From: Polyangiales bacterium
GTDB lineage: Bacteria; Myxococcota_A; Polyangia; Polyangiales; Houyiibacteriaceae
Length of the DNA: 10,975 bases
Assembly (NCBI GenBank): GCA_045106895.1
Contig: JBGCFM010000002.1
Coordinates: 1-10,975, forward strand
Reading direction: 5' to 3'
Both the position numbers and the translations under genes were made by a program. Every line of letters begins with the position of its first letter. The first letter of the stretch is position 1. A model generated the notes under the pieces. The model ran no database searches, had not been told where the DNA came from, and worked only from the letters and a program-made list of their open reading frames with translations. Shown one piece after another: positions 6,505-10,975 of the stretch.

Positions 6505-8850
6505 GTGAGCGTCCTCAACGCCAAGCTCGGACGCGACCTTAGACGCCTCGGCGGACAACTCCTCACCATCGCCCTCGTCGTCGCCAGCGGCGTCGCGGCC
6601 TTCGTGACGATGCGCAGCGCGCATCAGTCTCTGGTCAACAGTCAGCGGGACTTCTACGAGTCCTCCGAGTTTGCAGACCTCTTCGCACAGCTCTCCCGGG
6701 CGCCGGAATCACTCCGGGAGCGCATCCGTGACCTGGAAGGCGTCGCGTCCGTCGAGACGCGAATCGTCGAGCGTGGTTCTATGCCGATGGAAGGAATGAC
6801 GGAACCCGCGTCGATGACCCTCGTGTCGTTGCCGGAGCGCCACAACCGCCTCTTCCTTCGCGAGGGCCGGCTCCCCTCTGAAGGCCGGCGCGATGAAGTC
6901 GTCGTCAGCGATGCTTTCGCCGAGGCGCACCACCTTGACCTCGGCGACACTCTCGCTGTCCTCGTCGGCGGCGTGCGGCAGAGCGTTCAGGTAGTAGGCG
7001 TAGGCCTCTCGCCGGAACACATCATCGACATGGACCCCGGCGCCATGACCATCGACGCCCGGAAGAGCGGCGTCCTCTATATGCATCGCGCGCAGCTCGC
7101 GGCGACCCTCGACCTCGACGGCGCGTTCAACAACGTCACTCTGCGACTTCTTCATGGCGCCCGGCGCGAAGACATCATCGATCGGCTCGAACGTTTGCTG
7201 CGACCCTACGGCGGGCTCGGCGTCGTCACGCAAGAGCGGCAGACATCCAACTACATGCTCAACCAGGAGCTCGCTGGTATCGGCGCCATGGTCACCAGCG
7301 TGCCGCCGCTCTTCTTGCTCATCGCGGCGTTCCTCTTGCACGTCGTGCTCTCGCGGCTGATCCAGCTTCAGCGCCCGCAGATCGCGACGCTCAAAGCTCT
7401 CGGCTACGGGCAGATGCAGATCGGCGTGCACTACCTTTGGCTTGCCCTGGTCATCGTGCTCCTCGGCGCTGTCCTTGGCGTGCTCTTGGGCGCGTGGATG
7501 ACCGGCGGCATGGTCGAACTCTATGGAGAGTACTTCCGCTTTCCGGAGCTCCAGACGAGCATCGATCCCGCGACCACAATCATCGCCGTCGGCGTCAGCG
7601 CCGTTGCTGCTCTCGTTGGTACGTTCACGAGCATTCGTGCGGTGCTCGTGTTGCCCCCCGCCGAAGCGATGCGGCCCGCGGCGCCATCGAAGTACGGCAA
7701 GGGTTACCTGAGCCGGCTGCCCTTCCTCGGCCCCGCCGCGCGCATGGTATTTCGCGAGGTCGAGCGTCGCCCCCTTCGCCTTCTCCTGAGCGCCCTCGCC
7801 ATCTCCGTGTCCGTGGCGCTCATCGTGGTAGGTCAGTTCTTCGCCGACGCCATGTCCTACCTCGGCGACACCTACATGCACGAGTCACAGCGCTGGAACA
7901 TGCAGGTGAGCTTCTCGCGGCCGAGACCTGCGGGCTCGCTTCGCGCATTCGAGTCTCTTCCCGGGGTTCACCACGTGGAAGGGCTCCGGCGTGTGCCCAT
8001 CAACGTGCGGCACGAGCACATCACGCGCTCCATCGCGTTGACGCTCTACCCGGAGGGCGGACAGCTCGAAGCGGTCCTGGATGATCAAGGAGCGCGAACC
8101 CCCATCCCAGAGCGGGGCGCGATGGTGACCGCGTTGCTCGCCGATCGACTCGGCATCACCGTCGGCGACACGATTGAGATCGAGGTTCTCCAAGGGTCAC
8201 GGCAGACCCTCGAGGTCCCCGTCGTCGCGCTCTCCACGGAGCTCTTCGGCATGAACGTTCATATGAGCTCCCCGGATTACCACCGCATCGCCGGCGAAGA
8301 GCCGAGTATCACCAGCGTCCTCCTCGCCATCGACACGGAGCGTAGCGACGAGCTCGACGGGCGCATCATGGACCTCCCGGATGTCGTTGGGATCTCGCAT
8401 ATGGAGCGAGTGCTTCAGCAGTTCAAAGAGCAGAGCGCATCGAATATCGCTGTCATGTCCATCGTAATGGCGCTCTTCGCGTGCATCATCTGCATCGGCG
8501 TCGTGTACAACAACGCTCGCGTCGCGCTGAGCATGCGCTCCCGAGACCTGGCGAGCTTGCGCGTGCTTGGGTTTACGCGCGGCGAGATCGCAGGAATCTT
8601 GGTGGGCGAACTCTCGCTGCAGGTCCTCCTCGCGGTCCCCTTGGGGCTCTTTCTCGGCAACGCCATGGCCTACGGCATGGCCAACGGCGCAGCCGATCCG
8701 GAGTTCTATCGGCTCCCCGTCGTCATCTCCACTCGGACCTACCTCGTGGCCATCTTGCTCACCTTCGCCAGCTCGCTCTTTAGCGCGTGGCTCGTGCGCC
8801 GAAAACTCTACGCCCTCGATTTGATCGGCGTTCTAAAGACCCGCGATTGA
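6505..8850 (+). CDS. ABC transporter permease, MacB/FtsX family with two repeats (~781 aa)
   Basis: Two TM–periplasmic–3TM repeats with the motifs QIATLKALG and [10 protein letters not shown], ending in [14 protein letters not shown] at 6505 lies 4 nt after the ATPase stop. Confidence 0.93.
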   Translation: MSVLNAKLGRDLRRLGGQLLTIALVVASGVAAFVTMRSAHQSLVNSQRDFYESSEFADLFAQLSRAPESLRERIRDLEGVASVETRIVERGSMPMEGMTEPASMTLVSLPERHNRLFLREGRLPSEGRRDEVVVSDAFAEAHHLDLGDTLAVLVGGVRQSVQVVGVGLSPEHIIDMDPGAMTIDARKSGVLYMHRAQLAATLDLDGAFNNVTLRLLHGARREDIIDRLERLLRPYGGLGVVTQERQTSNYMLNQELAGIGAMVTSVPPLFLLIAAFLLHVVLSRLIQLQRPQIATLKALGYGQMQIGVHYLWLALVIVLLGAVLGVLLGAWMTGGMVELYGEYFRFPELQTSIDPATTIIAVGVSAVAALVGTFTSIRAVLVLPPAEAMRPAAPSKYGKGYLSRLPFLGPAARMVFREVERRPLRLLLSALAISVSVALIVVGQFFADAMSYLGDTYMHESQRWNMQVSFSRPRPAGSLRAFESLPGVHHVEGLRRVPINVRHEHITRSIALTLYPEGGQLEAVLDDQGARTPIPERGAMVTALLADRLGITVGDTIEIEVLQGSRQTLEVPVVALSTELFGMNVHMSSPDYHRIAGEEPSITSVLLAIDTERSDELDGRIMDLPDVVGISHMERVLQQFKEQSASNIAVMSIVMALFACIICIGVVYNNARVALSMRSRDLASLRVLGFTRGEIAGILVGELSLQVLLAVPLGLFLGNAMAYGMANGAADPEFYRLPVVISTRTYLVAILLTFASSLFSAWLVRRKLYALDLIGVLKTRD

Positions 8851-8872
8851 TGAAGAGAGAGAAACGAGAAGT

Positions 8873-10144
8873 ATGAGTTCAGCGAAGCCTAGTTCAGACA
8901 CGCAACGTTCCGACACGCAACGTTCATCCGCTTCAGCGAAGCGTCCTTCAAAGAAGAAGTCGAAGGTCCTCAAGCGCCTCGTCGGCGTCGCCGTCGTCCT
9001 CGGACTCGTTGCGATGGTCGGCCTCGCGTCCATGCCGAAGCCGATGGTCGTCACCGTCGCTGAAGTCGTGAGCGCACCTCTCACGGTGAGCATCGACGAA
9101 AGCGGTACGACTCGCGTCAAAGACCGTTTCGTGGTGTCGGTCCCCATCGCCGGCGACGTAGGCAGGCTGGAGCTGCGTCCCGGTGACCGCGTCGCCGAAG
9201 GAGATGTGCTCTTGCGCATCGCTCCCCTCACTCCGCAGCTTATGGACGCGCAGTCACGCGCCCAGGCGGAGGCACAGGTCGCTGCGGCTTCGGCGGCTCA
9301 ACGACAAGCGCGCGCAGCCGTGGCACGCGCCGAGGCCGCCCGGGACCTTGGCCGGCAGAACTACGAGCGAACCACGGGCTTAGCGAACACAGGGGCGACG
9401 AGCGCGCAGGTCGTCGACCAAGCACGCTTCGAGCGGCGGGCTCGCGACGAGGAATACACAAGCGCCACCCTCGGCGTACGCGTCGCAGACTCCCAGCTGC
9501 GGATGGCCCGCGCGGCCCTCGGTCGATACACCACGCGCGGCAACGAAGAAGCCTTGGAGGTCCCCTCGCCCATCGCTGGCCAAGTGCTGCGCGTGCTGCA
9601 CGACCAGCAGGGCGTGGTTCAGCCGGGAACGCCGATTATCGAGATCGGCGACCCCAGTCACCTGGAGATCACCATCGACGTGCTAACGGCGGACGCCGTC
9701 GCCATTGAGACCGGCGCCCCCGTCACCCTCGAGCGCTGGGGCGGCGACGAACCCCTCGTCGGTCACGTGCAGCGCATCGAGCCGTCCGCCTTCACGCGCG
9801 TGTCGTCCCTCGGCGTGGAAGAACAGCGCGTCAACGTCGTCGTCGACATCGACACCGAGCGCTCCATCTGGGACGCCCTCGGAGATGGGTACCGCGTCGA
9901 GGCCAGCATCCAGACCTGGCACGAAGAAGACGTCGTGCAGATCCCCTCAAGCGCGCTCTTTCGCACCGACGAGGGCTGGGCGCTCTTCCGCGTGGCCGGA
10001 GAAAGCGTCGAACGTGTCGAGGTCGTTGTGGGCCAGCGCGCCGGTCTCACGGTGCAGGTTCTCGAGGGCATCAGCGCCGGCGAGCGCGTGGTCGTGCATC
10101 CTAGTGAGAGCCTCGTCGATGGAGCCGCCGTCAGCGTCCGCTAG
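8873..10144 (+). CDS. Periplasmic adaptor / membrane fusion protein (HlyD/MacA family)
   Basis: N-terminal TM segment, lipoyl half-motifs (VSVPIAGDV…PGDRVAEGDVL and VPSPIAGQVL), an Ala-rich alpha-hairpin, and IPSSALF…VVVG in the membrane-proximal domain. Confidence 0.93.
   Translation: MSSAKPSSDTQRSDTQRSSASAKRPSKKKSKVLKRLVGVAVVLGLVAMVGLASMPKPMVVTVAEVVSAPLTVSIDESGTTRVKDRFVVSVPIAGDVGRLELRPGDRVAEGDVLLRIAPLTPQLMDAQSRAQAEAQVAAASAAQRQARAAVARAEAARDLGRQNYERTTGLANTGATSAQVVDQARFERRARDEEYTSATLGVRVADSQLRMARAALGRYTTRGNEEALEVPSPIAGQVLRVLHDQQGVVQPGTPIIEIGDPSHLEITIDVLTADAVAIETGAPVTLERWGGDEPLVGHVQRIEPSAFTRVSSLGVEEQRVNVVVDIDTERSIWDALGDGYRVEASIQTWHEEDVVQIPSSALFRTDEGWALFRVAGESVERVEVVVGQRAGLTVQVLEGISAGERVVVHPSESLVDGAAVSVR
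8892..8926 (+). repeat. 15-nt tandem duplication (SDTQR x2) in the cytoplasmic N-tail of the adaptor
   Basis: gttcagacacgcaac / gttccgacacgcaac / gttca. Confidence 0.8.
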
Positions 10145-10183
10145 CTTCGTGCATCTTGAGAAGGAACGTTCTAGCGTCTCGTT

Positions 10184-10813
10184 GTGCCGCACCCGCTCCC
10201 ACGAAAGCTCGACTTTATCTGCACGCTCGTTGAGCCGCCGAACACGCGAGCTTGGTACGGCGCTGGCATCTCGGGTCTCCTGGCGCTGGCGGTCTTCATC
10301 GGCGCGGACTTCGCCAGCGGGAGCATATGGGCAGTGGGTGCGTTCAAGATCGCGTCGGCGGTCTTCGCCATCATGGCCGTGCTCTTCTACTCAAGCGCCT
10401 CCAACAGCTTTGACAGTCGCGCGAAGGTGCAAGTGGAGGTTGGACTCGACGGCCTGCGGCTCCCACTGCAGAACATTCCCTTTCGAAACCTAAAAGAGCT
10501 TCGCGTGGAGTCTTCCGTGGCGGGCTCTGCGGCGGGATACTCGACGCTCGAGCTGATTCTGAACGACGGCGAGACGCTGCGGCTGAACATGTTGGACGCG
10601 GAGCGAGTGGCGTACTCGATTCGGGAGCGCCACGCGCTCTACAAGCGACTTACGGCGCCGCGGGCGCGTGCTCGCCCCGATGGATACCGCGGCGTCCGCG
10701 TGGAGGAAGAAGCGGAGTCCATCGAAGAAGGCCTCCGCCAAGAAGGTTGGGCCGAAGACAACCTCGAGGCTGTTCTCGCCCGCGCGTTGGTCATTCCTGA
10801 AGCGGAACGCTGA
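10184..10813 (+). CDS. Hypothetical membrane protein (two TM helices followed by a PH-like beta-rich soluble region)
   Basis: Two hydrophobic segments, then VEVGLDGLRL…IPFRNLKELRV…LELILNDGETLRL, which resembles a bacterial PH pattern. TAGCGT -10 box 6 nt upstream of the GTG. Confidence 0.7.
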   Translation: MPHPLPRKLDFICTLVEPPNTRAWYGAGISGLLALAVFIGADFASGSIWAVGAFKIASAVFAIMAVLFYSSASNSFDSRAKVQVEVGLDGLRLPLQNIPFRNLKELRVESSVAGSAAGYSTLELILNDGETLRLNMLDAERVAYSIRERHALYKRLTAPRARARPDGYRGVRVEEEAESIEEGLRQEGWAEDNLEAVLARALVIPEAER

Positions 10814-10817
10814 GCCC

Positions 10818-10975
10818 TCAGTTCACGTTGACGGGCACGTCCATCGTCGCCCCACCCTGGAAGATGAGTCCAGTCACCTCGATGCGTGCGCCGCCTGCGA
10901 TGAGCATCCCGCTGTAGCGGCCCGGGGCGACCTCTGCGTGCTCCGTCGACGACTCCAAAGTAACTTCCGTCTCGG
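10818..10975 (-). CDS. 3' end of a gene running in from the right edge (…ETEVTLESSTEHAEVAPGRYSGMLIAGGARIEVTGLIFQGGATMDVPVNVN*), likely a beta-sandwich C-terminal domain
   Basis: Open frame to TGA at 10818-10820 with GC3-rich codons, a 'PGRY' turn motif and alternating beta-strand pattern. Converges on the upstream gene. Confidence 0.65.
   Translation of the reverse strand, partial: ETEVTLESSTEHAEVAPGRYSGMLIAGGARIEVTGLIFQGGATMDVPVNVN

Noticed and set aside
6709..7881. 390 aa minus-strand ORF
   Set aside because: Antisense shadow of the ABC permease.
9705..10493. 262 aa + strand Ser/Arg-rich ORF overlapping the adaptor
   Set aside because: Off-frame reading of two well-supported genes, with composition typical of a shifted GC-rich frame.

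Overview
GC-rich bacterial DNA, probably from Myxococcota. That assignment is inferred from DAGP-repeat lipoproteins, a CxPxCxxxxCGDDGCGGSCGxC Cys module and a C-terminal GGCS motif. From left to right the window holds: the 3' end of a + strand gene (1-69); a minus-strand 2OG-Fe(II) oxygenase and the LysR regulator upstream of it; a minus-strand lipoprotein with DAGP repeats, a Cys-rich module and a WCPNC thioredoxin-like domain; a divergent + strand lipoprotein; a small hypothetical gene; a secreted M15-type Zn peptidase with an acidic linker; a MacAB/LolCDE-type ABC exporter operon (ATPase, ~780 aa double-FtsX permease, membrane fusion protein); a 2-TM hypothetical protein; and the 3' end of a minus-strand gene. 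I saw no rRNA, tRNA, CRISPR array or mobile element. Most of this is ordinary cell-envelope accessory content, and I cannot support a claim of a wholly new system. The most notable points are a possibly frameshifted or truncated MYXO-CTERM anchor on the peptidase, a shared operator-like motif upstream of both lysR and the oxygenase, a possible ATA start for lysR, and repeated leaderless-type -10 boxes.
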